DNA of 63,971 bases, the filler included, from Choristocarpus tenellus KU-1152 (taxonomy: Eukaryota; Protista; Phaeophyceae), in NCBI GenBank assembly GCA_964200185.2. It is 12 parts of 12 records of this genome, joined end to end, with 100 filler letters (N's around TTAATTAATTAA, not from the genome) between each part and the next. Parts side by side here need not be neighbours in the genome. Positions count along the whole stretch, not along the records: positions 47,477 to 50,438 come from CAXNAD020023335.1; positions 50,539 to 56,662 come from CAXNAD020008883.1; positions 56,763 to 61,303 come from CAXNAD020014089.1; positions 61,404 to 63,971 come from CAXNAD020026706.1; 8 more parts are not named here. One strand, written 5' to 3'. The notes below the pieces were generated by a model. The model was not told where the DNA came from and did not search any database. It was given only the letters and a program-made list of their open reading frames with translations. Made by a program: the position numbers and the translations under genes. Every line of letters begins with the position of its first letter. Positions within the stretch are counted from its first letter, which is position 1. Positions 50,419 through 61,892 of this stretch are shown here, piece by piece.

Positions 50419-53400
50419 GGGTCAAAGTATCTGGGGGGNNNNNNNNNNNNNNNNNNNNNNNNNNNNNNNNNNNNNNNNNNNNTTAATTAATTAANNNNNN
50501 NNNNNNNNNNNNNNNNNNNNNNNNNNNNNNNNNNNNNNACATGGATCGTGACAATGGGATCCTCCGTCCAGCGGGGAATTTTTCTTTCACTGGTAGACAT
50601 GGCCCTAAGGCAAGGTCAGAAGGATAACTTTTGGGACAGCTCCATTAGCAAGTGCTGGGGATGGGCAGATGTTCGTATTGGCAACCTGCGCTTCTCCTAC
50701 CAGGTAAATGGGAAGGAATGCAGATATGCTTTTTCTTACTTTCATGCAATCCAACTATTGTTGAGACTTGGGTGCACACACGGCAAATCTTGACCAGCTT
50801 AGTCATATTGAGTGGGTAGTATTGTCTGTCGAAGAATACATTGGAGAGGTGTGAAGGAATTTCCTGTTACTATAATCCCCTTCCAATTGTAGCATAGTAC
50901 TGCCGCACCTACTTGGCTTGTTAACATTCCCAACAACTTCCGGCAGTAACCCAAAGACATATTCATAGATGCATGTCAGTAATTGGCTTATGATTTCAAC
51001 AACATAGGTGGAGGGTAGTAATAGCCCCACATTTGATGACCAACAACTCTCTCCATGAAATAGTTTCTCCGAGTATTACCACCTTCTTCTCAGTAAACCC
51101 TTGCTTCCAATACAATGTAGGCTTAGTTTAGAGTACAAGTTTGATAGAAGCAAATCGATTGATAGTTGTCGTTGCCCCCAGAACAAACCAGAGGAGAAAA
51201 AACTGTTTATGGGCTCAAATGCCAAATTCAAAAGTACTGGATACGAAATATAGAGTATATTTTCCCCGAATGATAGAAATTTTCCAACTTGAGACTACTA
51301 TTTCCAGGTCTGGTTCTTAGGTTTGTCAAAGCAAGCATAACCGCTGCAGATTGAGCAATGTCGACACCACCTTTGTTTACAAAGAGTTTGGATGGGTATC
51401 TATTACTGCTTCGTTTGAAAGGTCATAGCCAACTGATCTACTTAGACGACACTCGCCCCTGAACTTTGTCAATTCTAGCACCAGCATGGATGAGTTGAAT
51501 ATTTGATACTGGATGCTTTACAAGCAAAACGTCTATCAACTGAGTAGTGTCTGCAAGGAAATGCTTGATTTGAGTAACTTCTTTTCTTAGAGAGAATACT
51601 GTGGGAAGGGAGTCAACCAGATCCCTTGTGCACAATGGGCTAGGTTATGACCTTGAATGGCTGCAATCTGCAAGACGCAGATTCATTGCTCCGATGCGAA
51701 TTAAATTACTGACTAGACGGCAGGCTAACTGCCTGCCCAGTGTTTGAATGGCGCATCTCTTAAGTATACGCGCGGACTACACTCGAGAACATTGAGCTAT
51801 CATTTCGCATCAAACATAATAATATATATATATGTGATGATATTGCCTTCCAAAACGTGTAACCTTGATGCTTTGAGGTAAAATCGCTACATACTATCAA
51901 AGAAACATCTTCCAAGTAAGCGAATGTGAATCGTGTTGAAAAAGATTATATACAAATCCGCCTCACTTTCCACCTGATGAATTTGATTATGGTGGAGGCA
52001 GGAATTGATAACTGTTTTTTCGTGTGTGAGTTACTCTACATGTACAGTGTAATTGTCCTGTTAAGATCACAGTTGTGTTGTAGGAATCTAGGTATTTCGT
52101 CATGACCAACCCACCCGTGCCGCGTGTCCACAACATACTCAACACCCCACCATGTTGGTAGGACTTCCGCCTGATATATGCTAAAGAACACCATGAGGTT
52201 GAGTGCCACAACGAAAAGCTTGCGATGGTAGATGGAAGCAAATTTGCAATGGATGCCACTCAACTTTTGAGGGAATTCCTGTTCAAGGAAGGCGAGCAAT
52301 GGCCAGACGTGATTGTTGGTGCCGTAAATGAGATGCGTCTACAACATGGTCCAGGAAACGTCCCCATGAAGGTGTGAGGGGTGAGGGCAGGCACCAGATG
52401 GTGACATTTGCCTTTACAAGCATTCTTTGCAGTTCTGTGCTTTGAGAAGGAGGTTGTTGTAAGTATTATTACTGTTTCATTGGGGTATATGATAAGCCTC
52501 AGACTTGGGACCAAACGTATCAATAAGGAAATTGAGGAACATTATGAAACTAACATAGAAGAAAAAATGTGCAACTCAAATGTCCTGTTCGAGTGACACA
52601 TTGAACTGTTTTCTTTTTCGTTGGGAAGGGTGAATGTTATATTTAACTTGCAAGTCTTTTCACTGCCCAGGGTTTTGTGGTACAAGCAATGTAAGCCGTG
52701 GAGCGTATTACCACACATACAAAACCCAAGTCAGGGAAGTGGAGACTCTTAACAAGGTTGCTCGTGCTTGAGGCTCTGACTGCTGATTGACGTACACCAG
52801 ATATCTTCTTTGCGTTCAATATCCCATAATTTCACCAAAGTGTTTTCTTGGTGTTCTTTCTGTAATTGTAAGGTATATGCAGTAGGTTGTACGGTTTATT
52901 GAAGAAGTTAGCAATGGGCACAAGATGAAGGAGTTGACTTGTCCTGGGGCTGTGTACACTTGTGGTGGATGTATGGGTATTGATGTGTGATTTCGGAGTT
53001 ACTTGCCTCCTGTAAAGCCTTAGCATCGAGGACCAAGTTTGAATTTGAGAGTTCAAAGTATGTAGGCTTTTCCACTTGCAGGATTATGAATATTGCCTGA
53101 CAGAGCAGCTCTTACAATTCTACAATGTTTTGATATGAGGATAGAAAACACTTCAAATTGATGTATAAGGCCTATAATAAAAGCCAAGGCTCATCATCAG
53201 GCAGTAGCAATATATTCTGTGTTGCGTATTTTTTTTTAGATGGACCAACCTAGTGGCACTGCACCACAAACGTTTTTCCACTCCTTCCACAAAACATTTA
53301 CTGGCCCTTTCCCCAGTTTTCTTTCTGTCTTTATATACTGTCAACGACCAAACCCAAATTTTGAAAATAATGTATAATCCGATTGTCATTGCTTGGGATT

Positions 53401-54181
53401 GACGCTACTACAAACACAGGTATTCAGGGAAGGGATTCCTCCGGCATGGAAAGGGACACTGCTGCTGGTCGAGTCCATGAACACACTGGTGAGAGGGCTT
53501 AGCGCAAGTTAAAGTCCTTGAGGTAAAACTACCAGTGAATTTGGTGATGTTGGATTTGTTTGCTGGTATCCCAACTTCCTGGGGTGAGTAATAAGATAAC
53601 TCAAAGTTACTGGCATGAGTGCAGACCTTCTAATCTTGAAAGAGGTGTAAAGGTGGAAATAAGTTGTGTGACTTCTGCAAGTTATACTATTCTTGAGAGA
53701 TCTCTATGACTGCAAGGTGAAACATGCAATTTGAGCACTGCAGAGGGCCCTTTCGGTCAACGATGGCAGTCATGTTTTCATGCGTATTTTGAAGTAGACG
53801 AGAATTTTGGGTCACATACTACTTTCCCCTCCAACCCCTTGCGTCAATGGTGTATTTGGCAGAGCGAAGCAAGTACATTGAAGTACACCAACCCCACACT
53901 CCCTGCACTGGACGATTGGAGTGGAAAAAATTTGTCCCCACAGGAATACAGGAATAACATCGAGGCCTTGAAGAATGGAGATGATCGTGTAGCATTCCTG
54001 AGCGTCTATCCCGTGAGTCTCTTTTTTTTGTCATCCTCAAAAAATGTTTGCACAAAACAAGTTTACATGAATACGCCAAATTGTATTTTTCATCATCTCT
54101 GCATATCCAATGTTGCTCACACGATCGTTTTGAGTGCAGTGATATAGAATGAACAGAGCAAAATCCTGGCANNNNNNNNNN

Positions 54182-54246
54182 AATCGCGACATGAAACAAT
54201 TGACCCCAAATGGACAGCCGCCACCCCCTCCCAGATACTTTGAGCC
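54182..54246 (+). mobile_element. MITE family B right end next to a 10-N gap
   Basis: aatcgcgacatgaaacaattgaccccaaatggacagccgcc...cagatactttgagcc. Confidence 0.85.
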
Positions 54247-54424
54247 ACGCCAAATTGTATTTTTCATCATCTCTGCGTATCCAATGTTGCTCACACGATC
54301 GTTTTGAGTGCAGTGATATAGAATGAACAGAGCAAAATCCTGGCAGCAAAGTGCTAGCAGTTTTGTTTGGTAGAGAGAGCGAAGAGATTTGCTGATGAAC
54401 TTTTACATCTCTTACCGGCATGCA

Positions 54425-54601
54425 AGACCAAAGTATCTGGGGGGGGGGGGGATCTACACCAGGGTGTCCATTTGGGTCAATGTCAGGAGAAGTATATTTA
54501 CATTGCCCATTCGATGTATGCAACCAAATCATCCCAAAATTGCGACATAAGAAAATTGACCCCAAATGGACAGCCTCCACCCCCTCTAGATACTTTGAGC
54601 C
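54425..54601 (+). mobile_element. MITE family B copy
   Basis: Both TIRs and the conserved interior are present. Confidence 0.87.
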
Positions 54602-55070
54602 GAATAATGATATTATCTATTTGGAGTACACACTTGCTCAATTATACTGAAACACCAAATAGTAGTTAAGTGCTAAGAAATGCTTCGTGATGGATGTTCA
54701 AGTTTCTCAAGGAGAAGAGAAATACTTTTATGTTGGACTTTCAAACCTAACAGTCCCTACTACATCAGGGCTACAAACAGCAATGAGCCCAAGGCTTGGA
54801 GGTGCTTGAACGAATATACTGACATTGACTGCAACCCTCTGCAGATGTACATGGCGATGATTCATCAGGGTGTAATAAAGAGCCGGATTGACAACATTCA
54901 TTTCCACAATGAAGCCAGAGACGAATGGAATTCCTACAACGGTGCTAAGGAGGTGATATCTGATGTAATCGACATGATTGGGCAGGTGAAGCAACTGTCA
55001 TGCATAGATTTAGAAGATGCTCTCTTGAAAAACATGCCAACCATAGAAGAATCAAGAAATGAGTAGCGAA

Positions 55071-55252
55071 GACTCAAAGTATCCGGGGGGGTAGCAGCTG
55101 TCCATTCGGGGCCCATGTTTCCGTGTTGCGATTTTGGAGTGATTTGGTTGCATGCGTTGGATAGATGATGCATGTGCACTTCTCCTGGTCAAGGTCCAAA
55201 TTTACACCGTGGTGTAGCCCCCCCCCCTCGCCCCCTCCAGATTCTTTGAGTC
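55071..55252 (-). mobile_element. MITE family B copy
   Basis: gactcaaagtatcc...attctttgagtc. Confidence 0.82.
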
Positions 55253-55324
55253 TAATATAGTTTTCATTGTGACAAGACCTTTCTAGTCATAGAGTTGAAA
55301 TTCTGCACTCTGAGAAAAGCAAGA

Positions 55325-55526
55325 GAGTCAAAGTAACTTAGAGGGTAAAGACGCGTCCGTTTGGCGGCCAAAATCCAATGTTGTGAGTTTGATGTAATTT
55401 TGGCTATCATGTTTGTTAGGAAACGTCAATATCCTTGTTCTAAACACACCCTTTCATAACATACAAATTTTTCCTACTCCAAAACATTTCGGGGCAAAAC
55501 TCCTACCCTCAAATATACTTTCACTC
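55325..55526 (-). mobile_element. MITE family A, internally deleted copy
   Basis: gagtcaaagtaacttagagggta...taccctcaaatatactttcactc. Confidence 0.82.
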
Positions 55527-56466
55527 AGGGTTTTTCGAGTACTAACAGTTGTCTCAAGGACCCCCCCTTGTATCACCGTCAAACGCAGAAATGAGAACAG
55601 ATACAATCAATTCATATATTGATCTAAATTTGTCTTCCCTATCGATAGACTTTCCTGACTTCGTAAGCCATATCCTTAATTATCGCCATGCCGTCCCATT
55701 CTAGTGTGTTGTGGTACCTCTTCCTTTTGTTGGATCTTCGTCGTGTATTTTAGTAGACTGAAAAGGAAACAGAAGAGTGTTTTAAACTTTCGTCGAAATC
55801 ATTCTATTTTCTAAATGAAGAAGTGCTGTGTGATTGACCATCTTAAATTTAAGGGTGTGATAACATCACTTCCTCCCGATAGTCATCACTTTTCACATTT
55901 AGTCTGGGAGGTCGAAGAGCTGTGGTCGAAATATGGCGAAAGGAGAGCAATGCATTACTCGAGAAAATCCAAAATACTACTAAAGATACTGTTAAGATAC
56001 TATCGGGTAGGGATAGATTTGAAGCGGATTATATTTGTAAATATGGTAGACACCCCTTCTACCCTTCTAACCCCAACATCTACCTGAATTTTCGACAGTT
56101 TTCTGTTATCTAACAAATGACTGATTTGAAATATTCTTGGTTTTGATGCTCTGTTACAAGCCCTGGCCTGTGGTGCTGTCATTATAAGTTTAGGAATCAC
56201 TTTTACGCACTTTTTGAGGATTCTGTGCACGGACCCCATACCTACACATGTACATTTTGCTCAGTCATCCAAATGTTGGATAGGTACGTACAGATCCCTA
56301 ATGTGCCTTTCCAAAGATATATTTATAAAGAGGCAGACCCAAAAGTAAAAAGAGCAGGAATTAATTCAGTACATGGGAAGAATAACCGAGGGAGACCTGG
56401 GTGCAATGCCGTAACACCTATTGCTTGAGATAGCGCGTTATTGACGTCACAACCACAGCCACTCAT

Positions 56467-56619
56467 GGGTCAAAGTATCTTGGAGGGAGTGGCGGCTGTC
56501 GATTTGGGGTGAATTTTTTCATATCGCGATTTTCGGGTGATTTGGTTGCATACGTTGGATGGACAATGTAAATGAGCTTTTCCCGATTTTGCCCCCAATG
56601 GATACACCCTGGTGTAGAA

Positions 56620-56646
<27 letters not shown>
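56467..56646 (-). mobile_element. MITE family B copy ending in a poly-C run near the contig break
   Basis: gggtcaaagtatcttggaggg...ctggtgtagaacccc. Confidence 0.85.
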
Positions 56647-56650
<4 letters not shown>

Positions 56651-56762
56651 CCTCTTCGTGCCNNNNNNNNNNNNNNNNNNNNNNNNNNNNNNNNNNNNNN
56701 NNNNNNTTAATTAATTAANNNNNNNNNNNNNNNNNNNNNNNNNNNNNNNNNNNNNNNNNNNN

Positions 56763-57088
56763 AATCAAATGTAGCGATTTTGATGTTATTTTGGTCATCG
56801 TGTTTGTTAGGAAAGAGTCAATATCCTTGTTCTGAACACACCTTTTCATAACGTATACATATGACCTACTCCGAAATATTTTGGGGTAGGAAAATGTCAT
56901 AAAAAAAACATGGGAAGCCAAGCACCAAATGGACAAACATGGCTGCGGACACACCTTTTCATAACATACACACTTTACCTACTCCTAAACATATTGGAGT
57001 AGGAAAATGTCATAAAAGAACCCATTGGAATCCAAACCCCGAATGGATAGACAGGGCAAAACTCGTACCCTCTAAGATACTTTCACTC
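56763..57088 (-). mobile_element. MITE family A, partial with internal duplication
   Basis: Interior segment acacaccttttcataac..ggaaaatgtcataaaa occurs twice; ends taccctctaagatactttcactc. Confidence 0.82.
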
Positions 57089-59371
57089 TCCTGCTGTGTG
57101 CATGGCCAACTCGTCTAGAAAACCTTCCGCTGCTTACCGAGGCGCCCAAAACTTTCCACCGTGAAGGTGTTGAAGTTTTAACTACGAGGGACAAAAGAGC
57201 CCTTGTAGTGGATGCGCTTTCGCGCCTCAGGTGCAGCAGCAGTCACACCATTGCTGGTGGATGAGAGGGGTAGGTGGAATGCTGCTTGCGCTTCTGCAAA
57301 CGCAACATCTAGAAGGTCTTTGTCCCAGTAGGGAACTGATCTGGTGTCCGCAAGTGCCCTAACATGGAAGGCCAGATCCATGTGGAAATTCCTGTCCACT
57401 GAAAATGGGCTACTGTCCTCCATAGTGCAAGAGATACTTATTCCTTTGCAGACTCGACCTAGACGTTTCACCATCGGTGTGTGTTGGTGAACCTGTTCTC
57501 CTGCCCCAGGGCAGGCGCGTGCATATCTTCTGTTCACATTTTTCCTCCTGCACACAGCCACTGGGCACCTGTTCGATAGGGCCTCCTCCCTCCCTAGGGA
57601 TCTGCTGACAGTGAGTCTAAACTCTGTGGGAGGGATCTGGCATATTGTTTCCAGGGTTGTGTGGAGGCTCATATATTTGCTCCTTGTACACACTGGCTAC
57701 GGTGGTGGGCCAGTGCTAGCAAGGAACTTTCCTTCCCTTGTTCTGCGTCGTCAGGTAAGGCAACCAATTGCGTCCAGACAGAGTCGAAGCGGATCCTGTT
57801 TAGGAGGCAGGTGATCTCATGTTGTGCCCTCCTTATGATCCCTGGCATCATGGGTGGCAGAGTGTGGACCTTTGGGGCAGGTGAAAGGGTTGTTATTTCC
57901 CCCCAAGCTACCCAGCCTTGGGAATAATTTCCGCCAAGTCTTCTGAAGGGACTCCTGTAGAGAGGAACGTGTGAATGGATGATCTCAAGACTCTTACTAT
58001 GGAGCTCATACAGATGACTCGTGGGAAAGACTCGCCACAAGGCCTGTGTTGCATTTCTAAAAGGGTGGAGGGAGTAGAGCCACCATTGATCCTACGATGG
58101 AAGGCTGCATACTGGCGATGTTTCATAGAGGATAGACCCAACCCCCCCAAACTTGTGCGCATCTGTGCCTGTCCTTGCTGGTATGTCTACAGGTGGAGAG
58201 ACCCTTTTTCACACACCCCTTCAAAGAAGTCAGTGGCTCCTGCCGAGTCTGCTACCTCCATTATCTTCTCTAGCGTCCACAGTGAGGTATTGTCTACTTC
58301 CTCCGTGGTGGAGCGTGCCAGGTGGGGGAGAGTGACCCTTGCCAAATGGCCTAAACAGGAGGAGAGGGACCAGGAGTTGAGGAGCCGGCCAACTTGTTTG
58401 TCCTCCATCTCACTGAGGTATGTGGCCAGTGTTCGTGACCCAGAGTTCTCGATTACCTCAGCCATGTGGGCTTGGATGAATCCATCTGTTCTCGCTGGAG
58501 CCCCCAATGTAACAAGACCATTTGGGTTTGGGACCAGGTTGATTCCTGCTGTAGCCAGAAGTTCCATATCTGAGGGCGTGGGTTGGTGGCTCTGGGGAGG
58601 TGCAGCAAAGTCTTGTCCATGTTGAGGGCAATGCCTACCTCTTGTAGATAGTTTTTAGCCTCTCGAAAGCAGTTATCGTGTTGTGGTTGATCTCCCTTGT
58701 AGAAATGGATATATCATCCCAATAACTTTGGGAGGAGATCCCCTGGGGTCCAAAGGTAGACTGGACCCACTGTAGGATTTTGGAGGTCCCCATGCAATAT
58801 AGGAGGGCGCCAAGGGGGTCCCCTTGTTGGGCCCCTGGTCTCGATGACATTATCTTCATCCCTCCCTCATCCAGGGGGAAAAGAAGATTATGGGTGTCCC
58901 TATACACCTTGGACACATGGGGCAGGAGTCCTGGTAGAGTCCCAGGAAGAGCCTCAATGAAGGCCAAGCAGGATATGCTGTTGAAGGTGTTTCTTACGTC
59001 GAGGCTAATGACCCATTTGCCATACGTATTTGTTAGGCGTATGTCTAGAATGGCACATTCCACCCCGTTTGGGACCCTATGCCAAATTGTCCCAATCCAC
59101 TGAAATATTCCAAGTAGGAGTGCCAGTCTGCACAGATGGTTGAAGCACATGCCCTTCCGAAGGAGGAGCCACAGGCAACTGGGCGACACTTCTCTTCAAT
59201 TGCGGACAGTCTGGAGTTTGTGTGGAGTGTCAAAAACTCTGGAGGTAAACAGTCCAGGGAGCTGTAAACTACCTCCCAAAGCTTCGCAAACGCATCCGCC
59301 ACTTCTTCATGACCAACATCTGTCATGATGGCTGATCTGATATGGCTGGGTGCATCCCATCGGGGTCTGGT

Positions 59372-59629
59372 GAGTGAAATTATCTTAGAGGGTACGAGTT
59401 TTGCCCTGTTTGTCCATTTAGGGCTTGGATTCCCTCGGGGTTTTTATGACATTTTCCTAAGTCAAAATATTTAGGAGTAGGTAAAATGTGTATGTTACGA
59501 AAAGGTGTGTCCGGAACAAGGATATTGACAGTTCCTAACAAACACAATAGCCAAAATTACATCCAAATCGCAACATTGGATTTTGGCCCCTAAATGGACG
59601 CGGCTCTACCTTCTAAGATACTTTGGCTC
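59372..59629 (+). mobile_element. MITE family A copy, TSD TGGT
   Basis: TIRs plus perfect 4-bp TSD; inserted in the CRE SAP|DPDG motif. Confidence 0.9.
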
Positions 59630-60035
59630 TGGTGCAGAGTTGCTGCTCGCCCTCATGAGAGCCGTCCACAGGGAGGTGTGGGTGTACTGTTCCAGGTGAA
59701 TAGTGTGAGTATATAAATTTCTTCCCGTGCTTTAACCGACGCGAGCAGTTTGCACGCGTGGGGAACCCCAAAAGGGGGAACTCCAATTTGCTAAAAGGTT
59801 GTAGAATAAAATCTGTAACATGGGAAAGTCGCAGGGGTTCCCAGATGGAAACGTCGCAAGGGTTCTCAGATATATTTCAATGTCTGTAAACAAAAGAAGC
59901 CCCGATGGTAAATGATGATAAGAGATCCTAAGAACGGCTCCAAATGGCTCACTGCGTCTCTAGAGACACATATACCTCACTCTCTATTCTGATATCATAA
60001 TCATTTCTTATGCTGAATGATTCATTGAGAGTACC

Positions 60036-60170
60036 TCTGTTCAGCTGAGCTGACGTTCGTTAACCCGTGGATTGGACTTCCCTGTTCTGCTGAGCTGACG
60101 TTCGTTAACCTTTGGATTGGACTCCCCTGTTCCGCTGAGCTGACGTTCGTTAACCTGTGGATTGGACTCC
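60036..60170. repeat. 45-bp tandem repeat, 3 copies
   Basis: ctgtt..gctgagctgacgttcgttaacc.gtggattggact units. Confidence 0.88.
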
Positions 60171-60207
60171 TTTGGCTATCGGAGTATGGTGGCAGCCTTG
60201 TACGAGC

Positions 60208-60468
60208 GAGGCAAAGTATCTTAGAGGGTAGAGCCGCGTCCATTTGGGGGCCAAAATCCAATGTTGCGATTTTGATGTAATTTTGGCTACCGCGGTTGTT
60301 AGGAAGTGTCAATATCCTTGTTCCGGACACACCTTTTCATAACGTACACAGTTTACCTACTCCGAAAAGTTTCTAAGTAGGAAAATGTCGCAAGCAACCC
60401 GTGGGAAGCCAAGCCCCAAATGGACAAAAAGGGCAAAACTCGTCGTACCCTCTAAGATACTTTCGCTC
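60208..60468 (-). mobile_element. MITE family A copy (flanks agc/agc)
   Basis: Full-length match with TIRs. Confidence 0.88.
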
Positions 60469-61403
60469 AGCATGGGCGTCATCTATAGACCTGTGGATTG
60501 GAGCTGCACGTACTGTGGAGGATCCATCGGCATCATCTATAGGTCTGTGGATTGGAGCTACACATCTAGTGGAGGTAAGCTTCTGGAGCGTGCCTGTAAC
60601 AGTACTACCCCTTAGAGGGGCAGTATATTTGTTCCCCAGACCTTGTATCCTTTTGTATCCTATCCTTTGCATCCATAATGACTTGTCTAAGCTCATATGG
60701 GTTCTCGCTCGGGTGCTTGGGAACTAGTGCCCTGCAAATCTCCTCCGTCCATGGGGCTTTGGGTTGTTATAGGAGAACACTTACCCCCTTGGAGATACCT
60801 CCATGGTGGTGACCCAGAGCTGTAGCTTGTTCCTGGCAGGGGATTCCCGACGTCTGCTGGTCCTCTGAGATCGTCCTAGTAGCCATGATACCAACTCCCG
60901 GATGTTCCGTGATGCTACACAGGCGAACCTTTCCTCCCTTGAGAACTTTCCATTATTGGCCAGTAAGAGGCAAGAGACTATGTGGAGGAGCTTGGATGCT
61001 GTGATGGTCCCTACTATCAGGGCCCCCCCTTTAAGCTTTGGGGTGGTTGCTCCACGCATCAGGAGATCCACTGTGTGCATGAGGGTGATTGCATGGCGGT
61101 GTAGAACCTGCCAATGATCTTCTTAACTGTGGTGATGTTTACCCACTCCAGGGTCTCCATCTGGACTTGGTCAAGGGCAGAAGCAATGCTTGGAGTGCGA
61201 ACCCTGCATGGCAAACGCGGATGTGGGGATAGGTGGCCCAGATTTTCTGGTGGGGTGTTATGGGTGGTGGTGGTGGTGGTGGTGGTGGTGGTTGGGTGGA
61301 GAGNNNNNNNNNNNNNNNNNNNNNNNNNNNNNNNNNNNNNNNNNNNNTTAATTAATTAANNNNNNNNNNNNNNNNNNNNNNNNNNNNNNNNNNNNNNNNN
61401 NNN

Positions 61404-61859
61404 CGCGGGGACAGCCAAGTGATTCACTGCATTGGGCCTGCCACAAATGTTCTCAACCGCACTGAGACCAAAACAAATAAATCAGACGAAAAAATCCAAT
61501 AATTTACAAAAAAAAGAAAGATGAACAGAAACAGAAACAGATAGTTGATAGAGAGCCTTCGGGTCAAAAACACGCCTGGAAACACGGGCGGATGCCTCCA
61601 AATGATTAAATGATGAGTTAGTAGTATTGAACAACGAGACGAGTTGGCAGGATTTTGGCCATTGTTCTAAACCCATTCTACCCTGCCATTGATCAAAGAA
61701 CGAAAAAAAAAATTCATCGAGCTGCGAGCAAACTGACCTCGAGGCTCCCCCCTTTCCACCCTAGAGTGCCATCAATGCACTTGAGTAAGATTGCTAGTCA
61801 GTGAAGGCGTATCAAGGCAGGCGTGTCAATTCTGGCACTTCAAAAGCTCAAGCAACACG

Positions 61860-61892
<33 letters not shown>

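Larger units (their letters stand above)
50539..55066 (+). pseudogene. Multi-exon SGNH/PC-esterase-like gene, partial and probably degenerate; exon-like blocks 50539-50703, 52084-52371, 53420-53522, 53744-54012, 54754-55066
   Basis: WIVTMGSSVQRGIFLSLVD resembles the GDS..R block and IDNIHF a DxxH motif; blocks are bounded by AG/GT sites; in-frame stops occur in two blocks. Confidence 0.45.
57110..61240 (-). mobile_element. Degenerate CRE-like non-LTR retrotransposon (RT plus restriction-like endonuclease), interrupted by insertions
   Basis: SAP.PDG, RPVACGS, GQFGIG..NGVE, LDVRNTFNSIS, GAQQGDPLG, SYWDD, LGGLGL, MDL..DV, EARKRIHY and VESFGRLGK in RT-RLE order, with frameshifts. Confidence 0.85.

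Noticed and set aside
10607-61403. Regularly recurring TTAATTAATTAA motif and ORFs ending in ...LIN
   Set aside because: Artificial six-frame-stop linker between concatenated contigs; adjacency across spacers has no biological meaning.
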